From Octopus sinensis (Eukaryota), in NCBI RefSeq assembly GCF_006345805.1, contig NC_043004.1:73036001-73100000 (forward strand): a DNA stretch of 64,000 bases, in the 5' to 3' direction. Every line of letters begins with the position of its first letter. Position 1 is the first letter of the stretch. A program made the translations under genes and the position numbers. This document shows positions 49,561 to 63,520 of the stretch, in pieces. The notes under the pieces were generated by a model, which had not been told where the DNA came from, ran no database searches, and saw nothing but the letters and a program-made list of their open reading frames with translations.

Positions 49561-49814
49561 TGTGCACAGTAAGTTTCAACTTTGATCTATCACTTAAGCT
49601 ACAAACTATGGAAGTCTGCAGCGGGACTGGATAGCCATCGAAAAGGTCACGGACGGAAAGTCCGAAATGTCACTGACAACCAGGATGCACAAGGATACGG
49701 CAATAATCTGTGAAGACGGAGCAGTCACCACCATGTATGCATGTATGCATGTATGAGGTGCATGAGGTGCATGAAGTGCTTGTAAGAGGTACAGGACGTG
49801 CTCACGTATGCACG

Positions 49815-50177
49815 TGCGCATTGTCTTCCAAGGACGTTCCTCCGCTTTTGAAGTGCCCGTGCTACTCGAAGCATTGTGTACGACCCATTGCCTCGCCGCT
49901 GTAAGCTTGCTGAAGTATGTCTCTGTAGCAGTCTTTCCAAGTTTAACGCAAGATTTCACGTTGGTTTTTTTGTTCATTTCTATAACAAAAACGCAGACTA
50001 CAGCATACACGTGATCACAAAAACAAAAGTTTCACAACTTGCGAAGTGAACACAACGCTGTTACTCGGCATAGTACTTCATGATGGTTACTGCTAGCTCC
50101 CACTGCGCACGCAGCCATGTGCTGCCACCTGTTGGCACGCTACGAAACTAGTCAGGGAACTTTTTGATACCACCTCG
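49815..50177 (-). mobile_element. mariner transposon 5' remnant (TIR and N-terminal HTH)
   Basis: TA-CGAGGTGGTATCAAAAAGTTCC terminus; NKKTNVKSCVKLGKTATET..AMGRTQCFE.HGHFKSG.TSLED. Confidence 0.75.
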
Positions 50178-50249
50178 TATGCTTGTATGTGAATTTATGA
50201 ATGTGCGTACGTACGTGCGTTTGTATGCATGGTTCTGAATCTTTATGCT

Positions 50250-50292
<43 letters not shown>

Positions 50293-50389
50293 CAAATTAG
50301 AGATAAAACCACTATTATGCAACTGAAACAGTGATTTTTCCCTGTAAGTTTGGAGTTATACACCCTAATATTATTATTATTATTACTAC

Positions 50390-50449
<60 letters not shown>

Positions 50450-51659
50450 CATCATCATCATCATCATCATCATATATATATATATATGTATCGTTTTTGA
50501 ATTTGGTTTGCAAGATTCTTTATGTGAGTTCGTGTGTTGAAGCATATTCTGTTGTACCTGGGGAGAGTCATTTTCTTTTTGTGCCTTATAATTTAACACC
50601 CACCAGTAAAATTTCCACTTATTTTTATTTTCCTAAAATTTTCGTTGCGTCTTGCAACCTTGTCCGTTATTTACACTGCGTGCCTTTTTGTTTGTTTGTG
50701 CGCATGTGTGTGGGTCAGTGTGTGTGTGTGTGTGTGTATGTGCATATGCATGCATGCATTACGTATATATGTATGTGTATGTATATATATATGTATGTAT
50801 GCATGTGTGTGTATGTATACCTGTGTGTATGCATATGTATATATGCATGTATGTGTGTATTCTGCATATTCATGTGCTTGCATGTCCGTGTTTGTGTATT
50901 TTTTATGTATGTGTGTGTGTGTGAGCGTGTGTTTGTATATGTATGCACCCCTGTCTCCTTGTGTGTGCATATCTGTGTGTGTGTGTATGTGTTTTGCAAC
51001 TATGTACCATGTTTGTATGTGTGGATGTGCATCTCTATATGTGTGGACACGTGTCTCCATATATGTATATGTATAATTATTTCAATTCTTCCTACAAAGA
51101 AACAGCTGGTTTCTAACAAAGAAAATTTTTGTGGAAATTGGATTTAAAAAATTATAAGTTTTTTAATAAAAATCTTACCTATCTTTTTCTGTTCTACTTG
51201 CAGATTGTATTTGTAAAATTTCTTTACCTGAGAATCCTAGATATTTAAGATTCTCACTTAAACATTTACCTGCATACCAAAATGCATCAAAATTATCGAA
51301 TAAAAATGAATTCATAATCACGGGCCCACAAGTATTTCAATATATACGTATGCATTCATTCATGTATGTATTACGTATGTAGGTATGCATGTATGTATCA
51401 TGTATGTACGCATGCATTCATAAAATACATATATATTTGTATAAGTTTTATCTGTATAACTTTTATACAGCAGGAGATGTATTTGGACATGAAATGTAAA
51501 AACTGGACTGGATTATTTTATGCGCAACTCCATTGTCTCCCGAGACAAAAAGGATGCCTAATATATATCTCGAAAATTACTTACCAATACAAAAGGAACC
51601 CGTTTCTAATACAGAACCAATACTTGTAATGATTGAGGATCAAGGGTCATTAAAGATTT

Positions 51660-52640
51660 AAAAAGATTGCTGTGTAAAATTTCACAAACCTCCCCCATAT
51701 CCTTTTTGTCGGTCACTGTGAGCCCATCTTTGTTGTTAAGCATCATCGTCTCTCTTATTTCTTTAAACTCCCTCTTTTACTGCTCACAGCAGCTTCTTTC
51801 GTCAATAGTTCTCGAAGTCCCTTTCCAGATGCCATCACTTTGCAGACAACGGAAATCTCAAACGGATCTTCCGTTGAATACTTTTCTTGTTTCTTTTGAG
51901 ATTCTTCCTTGTGGCTTTTGCAGTTCTCAATTTCCATGTGTAGCTTTTCATTTCCTGAGTCTGTGAATAATAATCTTCGTCAATTTCTTCAAGCTGACTC
52001 CAAATTCCTTTTTCTGAAAATGTCTTGAAAATACGTCACATCGAAAACTTTGACGGGATGGTTCCTCGTTCAGATGTGCAGTGTTTTTTTTTTTCTCTCT
52101 AATCTCGTCGAATTTCGCCCATAGCAAGCGATGGTTACAGATCGTTTTGAATGATGTTACTACAACTGAGATGTTTTGCAAGGTAATTGATTTTTTGTCG
52201 ACCAAGATGCAATCTATCTTATTTCGGTGCTGAGCATTTGGAGTTAGCTATTTCCACCACTTTTTAAATCTTTTTCTGTACTTTACGTAAAGTTTTCCTC
52301 TGTCATTTGTCCCCTCCAAACCAAATTTTTCAACATGTTCCTCACACTGAACCCTTTCCGACCTTTGTGTCGAAATCTATCACGGCAGTGTAAGCAGACG
52401 TATTACTAAGCACTTTTTCGAGTTCTTGACAGAATTATTCCACTTCATAGTGCCCACGTTGATCTTGAATGTGAGATTTCCCGAGAGACAAAAGTTTTGT
52501 ACCCTCGATAGGAGGTGAAGACTAACTGCAGGATACGATTTTCTATGTCATTTCTTTGCTTCGATAAAACTTATGCTATCTCTTACTCTCGCATCCTATG
52601 CAGTTCCTAGTCTCATTTTCGTCCTTCCATCTTTGATTTA
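51660..52640 (-). pseudogene. Old RTE copy, endonuclease/tether part (same family as 34096-37273)
   Basis: Reads DFDTKVGKG..KFGLEGTNDRG..IDCILVDKK..NHRLLWAK..KDGLTVTDKKDMGEVCE, matching ORF 34991..36985. Confidence 0.72.
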
Positions 52641-52654
52641 ATTATTTCCTTCGA

Positions 52655-53125
52655 CACGAAGAACGACGTCTACTTGGGACAGATAATAAATATAGACCGA
52701 GATATGAAGTGTGAGTGAGAACAAGCTGAAAGGTGTTTACTTTGATTAAACATTTTCTCAAATGGTAAGTGTCAATGTCTTCGATAGTACCGACTCAGCT
52801 ATGCTCTGACAAACAAATGAAACGTAGCTGCGAAAAAGAAAGAACAGAATGGCTACAACGCACAGAGAACCATATATGATCCATGCAATGAATATCAATT
52901 GGGAGCATATCCGATACGAGGTAATTCGAGAACAGAATGGGGTGAACGATGTAACCACGGATGCCGAAAACACAAGTTTAACTGTCCCAGGCACGTCACA
53001 AGGTTCATAAACAACAAGGCGACTCGTGCAGTTGTCGAGTGCTATACGAGAGATTGTAAGAGACTATCAAGAAAATCGCCAAGACGATGTAAAGATGACA
53101 TAGGCAAACAATTAGGGTTTAATTG
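52655..53125 (+). pseudogene. Old RTE copy, C-terminal part in the opposite orientation
   Basis: VYLGQIINIDRDMK..HVTRFINNKATRAVVECYTRDCKRLSRKSPRRCKDD matches YVYLGQEVNMCRDIK..HVARLTDNRWTHAVVEWYPREWKRPPGRPPRRW. Confidence 0.72.
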
Positions 53126-53585
53126 TAAGAGAAGGGTATAAACAAGGGAAGGATACAAGCACATTGTATAATGCATTGTATTAAGAATGAATGGGGACAG
53201 CTGATAGTCTGATCGATAAAGAAATAAAGAGAATTTAAATAAGTAATCGCCTTACTACCATACGGTACATAGGTTATTTATCTCCACAACAATGATAAAG
53301 AAAGCCACAACAGATTTACCAGTCATAGGAGGAAGTCTTGATCCAACGAGGGGAATCCTATCGTACGACCTTCTAGATATAACAACCCATGATCATTCAA
53401 TCTGAAATTCACCATCTTAAAAGGGTGAATAAGTGCACATTTGACAATGTGAAATCATTTAACAAGATTGATCTCTCTCAAATCACACACAAACATTTAC
53501 TCATTTTCATAATACAAGACGATATAGTCCTAGAAACAATTTTCCTTAAATGAAATGGGCTAATCACGGCTAGAACACTTTAGAT

Positions 53586-54067
53586 CATGCATGTGCAAAC
53601 TGCAGCCCGCGCGCCGCATGCAGTCCTCAACATGTTGTTGTGCGGCCCTCGGCGAGTTTCTAGATTACTGATTTGCAGCATAACCTAAGAGAAGTGACAT
53701 CTCAAATTCTACCTAATATTGAAAATATGGTAGAGAATGTGAATGTGTAAAAATCTCATTGATATAGATAGTAAAATTTGTTCTTCAATAAAATATCAAT
53801 GAATTTTCTTTCTTTTTTTCTACCTCAATATTTTAAACTATAATTTATTTAAACTAGTAATCATCATTATTATCGTTAGGAAATAGTGAAAGTGATGTCA
53901 GCTTAATGTAAACTTTCACACTAAGACATATAAAATTAAGAACTGCAAAAAATTCAGTGTAAACTGGGCAAATAATATTTAATGCATATGTGATTTATCG
54001 TGTGGCCCTCTTCCACTTGGAAATGGTACAATGCGACCCCCAGTTGACGAAATTTTGCCCATCCCTG
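53586..54067 (+). mobile_element. hAT (Charlie-like) internally deleted DNA transposon
   Basis: TIRs CATGCATGTGCAAA / TTTGCCCATCCCTG; 8-bp TSD CTTTAGAT (53578-53585) / CCTTAGAT (54068-54075); remnant C-terminus LREVTSQILPNIENMV..KSH*. Confidence 0.78.
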
Positions 54068-54389
54068 CCTTAGATCAAAGATCTTCTCTATCAGAGACAA
54101 CCTAAGACTTAACACCAATAACAACCATATAACATAATACTATGTCATATTGCACCTGACTGCACAACGCACTAACGCGCACCAATCTACACTGCATTAT
54201 GCCGCAGGAACCAGCGTGAGGGCCTCTAAATTTGACAAAAGTAGCAGGCAAAACCGTCTCTCAAATCAGACCGTACTACCATCTTCTGAAAATAAGATGG
54301 GATTGTCGTTAATTAATGGTTCGACTCAAATAAGACCCTGCCGTCTTCCAAAAGAGAAAAACACGCATATATTGGATAATGTAATACTA

Positions 54390-54944
54390 TTGGGTTGTCC
54401 GGAAAGTTCGAGCTGATTTTTAAAGGAAAGAAAAAGGTCAATAAATACTTGCCATTGGATTTTTAATCAGCCAAATATGAACCATTTTGTTGCACAATGC
54501 GTCTCCATCTTTCCTTTAATTTGAAAATACCCTCTTCCCAGAATTGAGGTGGTTTCATGGCAAAGATTTCAAGGTATCTTTTTACGTCATTCAAGGAATT
54601 GAAATTTTTACCATTAAGACTATTCTGCAGAGACCTGAATAAGTGGAAATCCGAAGGAGCAATATCTGGTGAATATAGAGTGTGGGGTAACACATCCCAG
54701 CCGAGCTGCAGCAATTTTTGTCTGGTTCCCAAAGCATCAAGTGCCAAAAATGAACTTTCTTATCTTTCATTTTAAAGGGTTACAGAATTAACACAGGTTA
54801 TAGGAACATAAACCTTCTTCCACGAAAAGATAGCTTAAACCGTGCTCTAAATGGAGGTGTTGTCAAATCCTATTCCATGGACTCAACTATGTTCTAAAAT
54901 AAGTCGAAAGGTAAGCTACGGCACGTACTTTCTGGACAACCCTA
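54390..54944 (-). mobile_element. Internally deleted mariner element
   Basis: TIRs TTGGGTTGTCCGGAAAGTTCGAGC / GCACGTACTTTCTGGACAACCCTA with TA TSD; ORF 54463..54747 carries WDVLPH.LYSPDIAPSDFHLF. Confidence 0.88.
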
Positions 54945-55275
54945 TACATATCCCCGGCAAAAACGAGGTGGTCGTGGTTGGAGCACCAGTGATCTTATGC
55001 CCAAACAGTTTGAACTGATCTGGTGTTAACAATTCATACGCTATACAACACAACTGTTATACAAATCAGTATGGTGGTATAACGCCAAAGACCATACAAC
55101 ACCACACTTATATATGCCTCTATCCTCTATCTCTCCCTCACACCAGCTCCTTCTTCTACTTCTCTCTCTCTCTCATTTTGTACCTCTACCTCTAAGCGCC
55201 ACATTGTCTTTCCTTTACTCTATATATCTCTCTTTCTATTTTTGCCCACTCGAAATCTCCCCTAATTGTATGAGG

Positions 55276-55349
<74 letters not shown>

Positions 55350-55649
55350 CAGAGAGAGAGAGAGAGAGAGAGATGAGTTGAAACAGAGATTATAGAGAGA
55401 AAGAGTAAAAAGAAAGACTGTTGAAGAGTAAAGGAGAGAAGAAGACAGAGAAAAGGAGCGAAAAAGTAGAAATGTAACAAACAACAAAACAAATATTTTG
55501 CACTGAATGACCCGAGGCAGACGATCAGGAGATGGGGACGTGTGTAGGGGAGAGGCAAATGAAATGGTTGAGGCAGGGATGGAAGGATGATGTCTAAGCA
55601 TGAGATGTTGTTTTTAACCGAATACATGTCAATCAGATCAAGCCATAAT

Positions 55650-55815
55650 AGACGCACACATACGCACGCACTTATATGCATATATATGTATATATGTCAG
55701 TGCATATATGCATATATGTTCATACGAGCATATATATTTTTGTGTATACATATTTAGATACATGTAGACATGTATATATACATACATATATAGATGCTTA
55801 TACATTACATATATA

Positions 55816-55851
<36 letters not shown>

Positions 55852-56127
55852 TGTATGTATGTATGTATGTATGTATGTGTGTGTGTATGTATATTTACAT
55901 ATATGCATATGAATGTATGTATGTGTACATATATAGAAATAGATAGATATGTCTGTATATATGTATATATATGTAAATATACAAGTGTAAATGTGCATAT
56001 ATATATATATATGTGTGTGTGTGTATGTATGTTGTATGTATGTATGTGTGCGTGTATGCATATGCATATAGATATATAGATATATATATATATATGCATA
56101 TGCATATATATATATATTTATATATGC

Positions 56128-56159
<32 letters not shown>

Positions 56160-56885
56160 GTATGTATATATACATATATATATATATGCGCATATACATA
56201 TGCATATATATACATATATGCAAGCATTTATAGATGCATAAGTACATTCGTAAAGAATACACACATGCGCACTCGCACACATATACACACACGGCAAAAT
56301 ATCATACAAACACACACATACACATTACACATACTTATACTGAAGCCTACCTGTGCATACGACCACATTATCGTCTGCTATAATTTCGTTCTTGTTCGGA
56401 AGATTGTTTGTATCTATGGCTTGATTTCCATTTCGTACATTTTGTTTATTTCTCTTCGCCTGATCAAACCACCACCGCCGCCATCGCCACACATTTTCTT
56501 CCACTTACCTTTTCTCTACATTTCTTCAAGAATGTTCCTATTTCTTCTTCTTTTATTCATCATCTATTCATTATATATATTTGGTCGGCTGAAAAGGGTT
56601 TTTTTTTACATATACTTTTTTTCGTTTCTGTTTTCTTCTGTTTTATTTTTTGCTTTTGTTGATTTTATTGCTATTTTGTTCTTACTAATGTTGATTTATC
56701 TTACGTATTGATGTATCTTGTTCTCTGCTGGGGTTCTTTTTCTTTTTGTGTGTGTGTGTATGTGCATTCATTGTTTATCATAATTTTTATGTTGTTTTAA
56801 TGTTTTAACAACATTTAGACTTGATTTTACTCTGTTCGTTGTCCTCCATTTTCGTAAGTTCCAAACGCATATACATATATACGTG

Positions 56886-56943
<58 letters not shown>

Positions 56944-57077
56944 ATATTGTGTGTGTGTGTGTGTGTGTGGTGTGTGTGTGTGTGTACACATATATATATA
57001 TGTATGCATGTATGTATGCATATATGTATGTATGCATGTACACACATGTATGCGTGTATTATATCTATATAGTTATA

Positions 57078-57130
<53 letters not shown>

Positions 57131-57406
57131 ATACATATATATATATATATATGTATGGATACATATATATACATATATATATATATATATATGCCTACAC
57201 ATATATATGTATATATATGCCTACACATATATATGTATATATATATTTATATAAATGCATTTATATATGTATATATATATGTATATTTGTGTGTATATAT
57301 GTATGTAGATATATATATAGTATAGTATAGGCATGTACATATATAGTGTACGTATATACAAAAATATATATTTATCTATATTCATATAGATAGGTACAAA
57401 TATTTG

Positions 57407-57441
<35 letters not shown>

Positions 57442-57453
57442 AATATATATATG

Positions 57454-57484
<31 letters not shown>

Positions 57485-57892
57485 TATGTATGTATGTATA
57501 TATGTATATATACATATATAAATATGCATATATATATGTGTGTGTGTGTGTATATATATATATATACACAAACATACATATATATACATATACACATATG
57601 TGTATATAATATATATATATATATATATATGTATACCTTCATGTGTATATATATACATATATATATGTGTGTGTGTTTGCATTAATGCAATTTTCTTGGC
57701 TATGTGTTGTTTTTGGAAAGATGCGGTTGTTTGTTAATTACCATCTAGATTTTCTTTATTTACTTATTTATTTAGTAAACTCTAAATCCTCTCGTGTTTA
57801 TTGTTTTCGCATTTAAATTACAACATATATAAGCAAATATATATGTGTATATATGCATATATGTAAGTATATATATGAATGTACGTATATAC

Positions 57893-57978
<86 letters not shown>

Positions 57979-58204
57979 ATGTATGTATGTACGTATGTAT
58001 GTATCTATGTATGTATGTATGTATGATGTATGTATGTACGTATGTATGTATCTATGTATGTATGTATGCATGTATGTATGTATGAATGCATGTATGTATA
58101 TATGTATGTATGTATATGCATACATGTAAGTATATATAAATATATGCATAGGAATATCGATAGATAGAAATATATGTACATAAATACATGCATACATATA
58201 TATA

Positions 58205-58272
<68 letters not shown>

Positions 58273-59820
58273 TGTATATATGTGTCTTTATGTTTATATA
58301 TGTGTGTGTATGTGTACATGTTATATATATATATATAACCATATGTGAATTCTGTTTTGCTTGTGGAATATGTGTGCGTGCATGTGTGTGAGTGCCTGTG
58401 TGTATGAGTGTGCGTACGTGCGTGCGTGCGCGCCATATTACTTTCTGACGAAGGTAATGATGTTCAGTCAGTTGTTTTATTGTTCCTTTGTTATTTGTAA
58501 TTTTATCAAATTCCTTGTTTGTTTCTTTCATTGTTTATATAAAGAAACAATTATATTTTCTTTTATCCCCAACCGCCATGTTTTTTGCTGTGCTTTTTGT
58601 ATTGTTTTGTTGTTTTGGGGGGGTTTGTTTGATTTTGGGGGTTTTTTTGTTGGGTGTAGTGGCGCGTGGATGATGTTACTTTTTTTATCTTTCTTCGTCT
58701 TTTATAAATTATGCATTATTTTATATTCTATAATGCATTTATTTGGATATTTGATGTTGCACTTAGTTCTTGTTCGTAGCTTGTGTGTGTGTGCGTGTAT
58801 TTGCTTGTTTTTTTATGTATATATGTGTGTGTATATATGTGTGTGTTTCTGTGTTATATGTGTTTTCTGTGTTTGTGTATAAAACTGTCTTTGTGTGGTT
58901 GGTCGTTTGTACGTGACTATATATATTTTTATGCTTCTATATGTGTTTGTAATAATGCGTTTCTCATTCTATGCTTGTGTTTGAACGTATGCATGTTTCT
59001 GCGTATATATATGTATGTGTACCTGTGATTCTATCTATATATGTCTATCATTCTATATTTCTCTGTTTGGATTTCAATGTATGTTTGTAAATGTATATAT
59101 GTTTCTGGGAGAATGTATGTACGTGAGTTTGTCGTTCTATATTTGTGTGTATGTACGTCTAAATTTGTGTGTGAATGTTTATGTTTCTCTGTATATGTAT
59201 GGTTGTGTTTGTGGTACTATTGTTATATGTGTATGTTTGTGTGTGAATATGTCTACTTATATTTGTCTACGAATGCTTGTATCTGTGTTTATGATTCTTG
59301 AATGTTTTTCTACGTCAGTTTAAACGTGAATGTATGTATGTGTATATTGTGATTTTATATCAGTGTGTTTGCATGTTTGTGGACGCGTGTATCAGTCTAC
59401 GTGTATTTGCAAGTGTATGGTTGTATGTGTGTCTCTTGTCTTTGTGTATGAATGTTAGTGTGTGAATCTATATACTTGTGTGTTTGTGTGTGCACATGTA
59501 TAGCTGTGTCTACGCATGTTTCTATGTTTGTACATGAATATGTATATTTGTGTGTGTTTGTGTATGTATGTGTGTATGTGTATTTGTATGGTTGTGTTGA
59601 TATGTTTATTTGCGCATTTTTTGTTTGTACGTTAGTGTGCGAATAAGTGTGTGCGTGTGTGTGTGTATTTGCACGTTGGAGTGTGAATATTTGTATACGT
59701 GCGTGTGGCTCTTGTTTATGTTTGAATGTGTCTCTTACGTGAGTTTCTATGCTTATATACGAGTGTGTACGCCTATATTTATGTGTGAATGTTTGTGTGT
59801 GTGTGTGTGTGTGTGCTTTA
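55650..59820. repeat. Extended degenerate (TA)/(TG)/(TATG) low-complexity field
   Basis: Directly visible; source of many spurious ORFs. Confidence 0.9.
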
Positions 59821-59882
59821 TACCTTAATGTTTGTTTGTTTCGAGAATGTTTCAGATTTTTCGAAGTTCATTCAGCAACAAT

Positions 59883-59912
59883 ATAATAATAATAATAATA
59901 ATAATAATATTA

Positions 59913-60009
<97 letters not shown>

Positions 60010-60243
60010 CATCATTATTATTATTGTAACTGCAGCAGCAGCAGCAACAATAATAATAACAGTAATAACTACAAAAATACAGCAACGACAACAAAACAAT
60101 AATAATAATGATGATGACGATGATGATGATGACAAAAATAATGATAATAATGAGAAGAAGAAGAAGAAGAAGAAGAAGAAGAAGAAGAAGAAGAAGAAGA
60201 AGAAGAAGAAGAAGAAAGAAGAAGAAGAAGAAGAAGAAGAAGA
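59883..60243. repeat. (AAT)n-(ATT)n-(GAT)n-(GAA)n compound microsatellite
   Basis: Directly visible. Confidence 0.95.
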
Positions 60244-60696
60244 AAAATTGCTTCTTAATTTGCCACAAGGGCTAGAAACATACATTATATTTACCGATTT
60301 AACGCTGGCATGACGTCATCTGTCTTAGATTTGGAACAAAAAGTAGAATGTTTAAAAAACAACAAAAGTAACAACAATAATAATGATGTTAATAACCCCG
60401 AAAAAAAAAACAATCACGTGATCGCTCATCTTCAACCGAAATATTCCGAGGTTATTGAGTGCAGAATCTTTCCTTTTGTTTTTGTTTTTCGTATTGCAGG
60501 AGGCGGGATGTAATATTTATTATTATATTTGTTTATTTGTTTGATTGTTTGTTTATTTATTTGTTTGTTTGTGGATTTTTTCTTCTTTTCTTCTTTTTTC
60601 TTTATTACTATTTTCGCTAGTTCTTTCTCTGCCAGCTTACTTCCACTTCAATACTGTAACAAACAACTTTCAAAACTATAATAGCAACAACAACAG

Positions 60697-60727
<31 letters not shown>

Positions 60728-60731
60728 AATA

Positions 60732-60781
<50 letters not shown>

Positions 60782-60912
60782 GCAAGACCTGGCAGAAAAA
60801 TAATCAATCCGATCATTTTGTTTATCTCTCTGTATGTCTACTCGTCTGCTTGTCTGTGTGTGCATTTGAATGTGTGTTCGTGTCTTTCTCTTTGTGTGTG
60901 TGTGTGTGTGCA

Positions 60913-60970
<58 letters not shown>

Positions 60971-61144
60971 CATATATATATATACATATATATATATGTA
61001 TGAATGTGTATATATATATATATACACATATATATATATATATATAGACACATGTAAAATACAAATGTCGTCTGCATAATTTGTATATATGCATGTATAT
61101 ACAATATATATTTATGTATAAATGCATATAAGTATATATATATA

Positions 61145-61185
<41 letters not shown>

Positions 61186-61795
61186 TATATACATGCATGC
61201 ATCTGTGTACGTATACATATATACACATATATGTACGTATGCAAATGTGAGGAATATCTAGCAATTCTGTGTTTGCTTAAATAGACAGTGCTATACATCA
61301 TACATGAGAACATGTCTGCACACTGATGTAGACTCGGACAACTTGCTTGTAATGTCTTCCAGCCGACATATAAAGAAGCTACATAAAGAGTCACCGTTGA
61401 CAGTACGATTCTTTTGAGTCTCATTGATTGTCTCAAATACGAGTGGGAAGCATATATGTAGATATGTTCGATAGGGAGATATGTATGTAGGTATGTTATA
61501 AAGATATGTGTGTATGTATGTATGTATGTATGTATGTATGTATGTATGTATGTATGTATGTATGTATGTGTGAATGTATGTATGTATGTATGTGTGAATG
61601 TATGTAGGTATGTTTGTACGTATGCATGTATGAAGGCATGTTATGAACATATGTATGTATATATGTATGCAGGTATGTTATGAAGATATGTATGTACGTA
61701 CTTACGTACGTATGTACGTACGATGTATGTATGTATGTATACATGCATGCATGAATGTATGCAGGTATGTTATGAAGCTATGTATGAATGTATGT

Positions 61796-61905
61796 CATTA
61801 TTCAGTTTTATTTCAGGATTTCTTGCCAATAGAGAAAGAGCCGGTTTCTAACCTAGATCCAAGGCTCCTTCAATGAAATTTCAACAATATCAACAGGGTA
61901 TTTTT
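61796..61905 (-). mobile_element. Second copy of the (TACA)n-embedded element
   Basis: Reverse complement of 41260-41372. Confidence 0.75.
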
Positions 61906-61999
61906 CTACGTATGTATGTATGTTTTGTTAATATGTACATTACTCCAGTTTGAGTTTTTGTTCAATTTCCTGTCCCAATGCCGTGCCTAAAATGTCTTA

Positions 62000-62420
62000 C
62001 TCAGTATCATTAACCATACTGCATACATCGTATGGAGCATTGTTTAACAATCTGAGCATACTGCATTCTCTTCAATGTCCAAATTAGATCTTTATGCACG
62101 TTGGTCCTGATGGTAGCCACAGTGAAATTAGGCAAGGAGCACTCGATTGCAGCGTCCCTGACTTGTATAGAATACGATGGCTCTAATGCACAATGCATTA
62201 TTTGTACAGCATTGCTTCTGTTTCTTTCAGTTTACTAAATAGGATAATTCTAAGTACTTTTGTGGTTGTGCATCGTTTTGCTGTCTTTGGTATATTCTTT
62301 GTGTCTCCTGCAAATGTTGCGAAGAAGGTGTATGGGACTTCTACGTTGTTTGTTAAATCTGGAATATGTTGGTACTGGTGATAGGGTAATGAGCTTCTAG
62401 GGATGATACTCATTCTGGTG
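62000..62420 (-). pseudogene. Very decayed CR1-group RT fragment
   Basis: IPDLTNNVEVPYTFFATFAGDTK resembles the (F/Y)ADDTK region; the evidence is weak. Confidence 0.4.
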
Positions 62421-62610
62421 GGTAGTGGTAGCGGTTGTAGTGGTGATGGTGCTTGTGGTGGTAGTGGTAGTGGTGGTGATAATAGCAGTAGAAGTGGTGG
62501 TAGCGGTAGCGGTGGCGGTGGTGGCGGTGGTGGGGGTGCTTGTGGTGGTGGTGGTAGTACTGCTGCTTGCTTGTGGTGATGCTTGTGGAAGTAGCGGCGG
62601 CGGTGATGGT

Positions 62611-62642
<32 letters not shown>

Positions 62643-63160
62643 TGGCGCTTGTGGTCGTGGAAGTAGCGGCGATGGTGATGGAAGTGGCGACGATAGCGTT
62701 GGCGGTCTGATAGCGATAACAATGATAATGCAGTTATTTCCAAAATAGGTCGCACCAGCCGCACCGTAAAGAAGCTTATGGCGATTGTGGAGGTTTGCGG
62801 TGTTTTACGAGAAATCGATTGCTAAAACGTTAAAATTAAGAGATAATCTCATAAAAGAACTCAACGTAAGTCTAAGAGCAAAACAACAAGGTGAGCAGAT
62901 AGTAAAACATTGTTGAGGAATACTGTTTCAAGCCAACTAAATTGGTTGTTTACAACAAACTCTGTGACCGAGTAAGAAAGCAAACCTCTGCAGCAATAGC
63001 TCTCAATCAATTTTTACCTACATCCCTCTGTCATTCCTGGTTTACTCGGACAGACTCTCACAGCCATTCAATGCTCAAAAATCCTGTTATATTTTTATAA
63101 TTAAATGTTATTATGAATTGTATAAAGAACTGTTAGATTATTTTGTGTATTGTAGCAGTG

Positions 63161-63520
63161 TACCGTAAATCCTCGAGTATAGTCCGCCCTTGAGTATAAT
63201 ACGCAAGGGATTTTTAGGGGGCTGTACCTCTGAAAAAACCTAGCCTTCTGTATAACACGCACCCCTTTTCTAACAAGGAGGTCTATATAACGTCCTTGGT
63301 TTGTAAAAATGTATACGGTAACGTCCTTTATCATTGCGTTCTTGCCTTCTTTATCTTTGGCATCTGTTTAATTTCATCTTTATTTCTTCTCCGTAACCTG
63401 ACATTGCTTTTGTCAACATCAAATTTTCTTCCGGCGGCCCTATTACCATGCTCTTCAGCATATGATATAACTTCAAGTTTAAACATAGCTGAATAAGATC
63501 TACGAGGCATTTTATGGGCA
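63161..63520 (-). mobile_element. Tc2/pogo-like DNA transposon relic with an N-terminal Brinker-type HTH fragment
   Basis: Terminus TA-CCGTAAATCCTCGAGTATA at 63161. A 59-aa minus-strand ORF at 63331-63510 reads MPRRSYSAMFKLEVISYAEEHGNRAAGRKFDVDKSNVRLRRRNK. Confidence 0.7.

Noticed and set aside
62420-62720. G-rich tract or proline-rich ORF as a functional exon or G-quadruplex element
   Set aside because: Degenerate (GGT/GGC)n microsatellite with mostly two-G runs; nothing beyond composition supports function.
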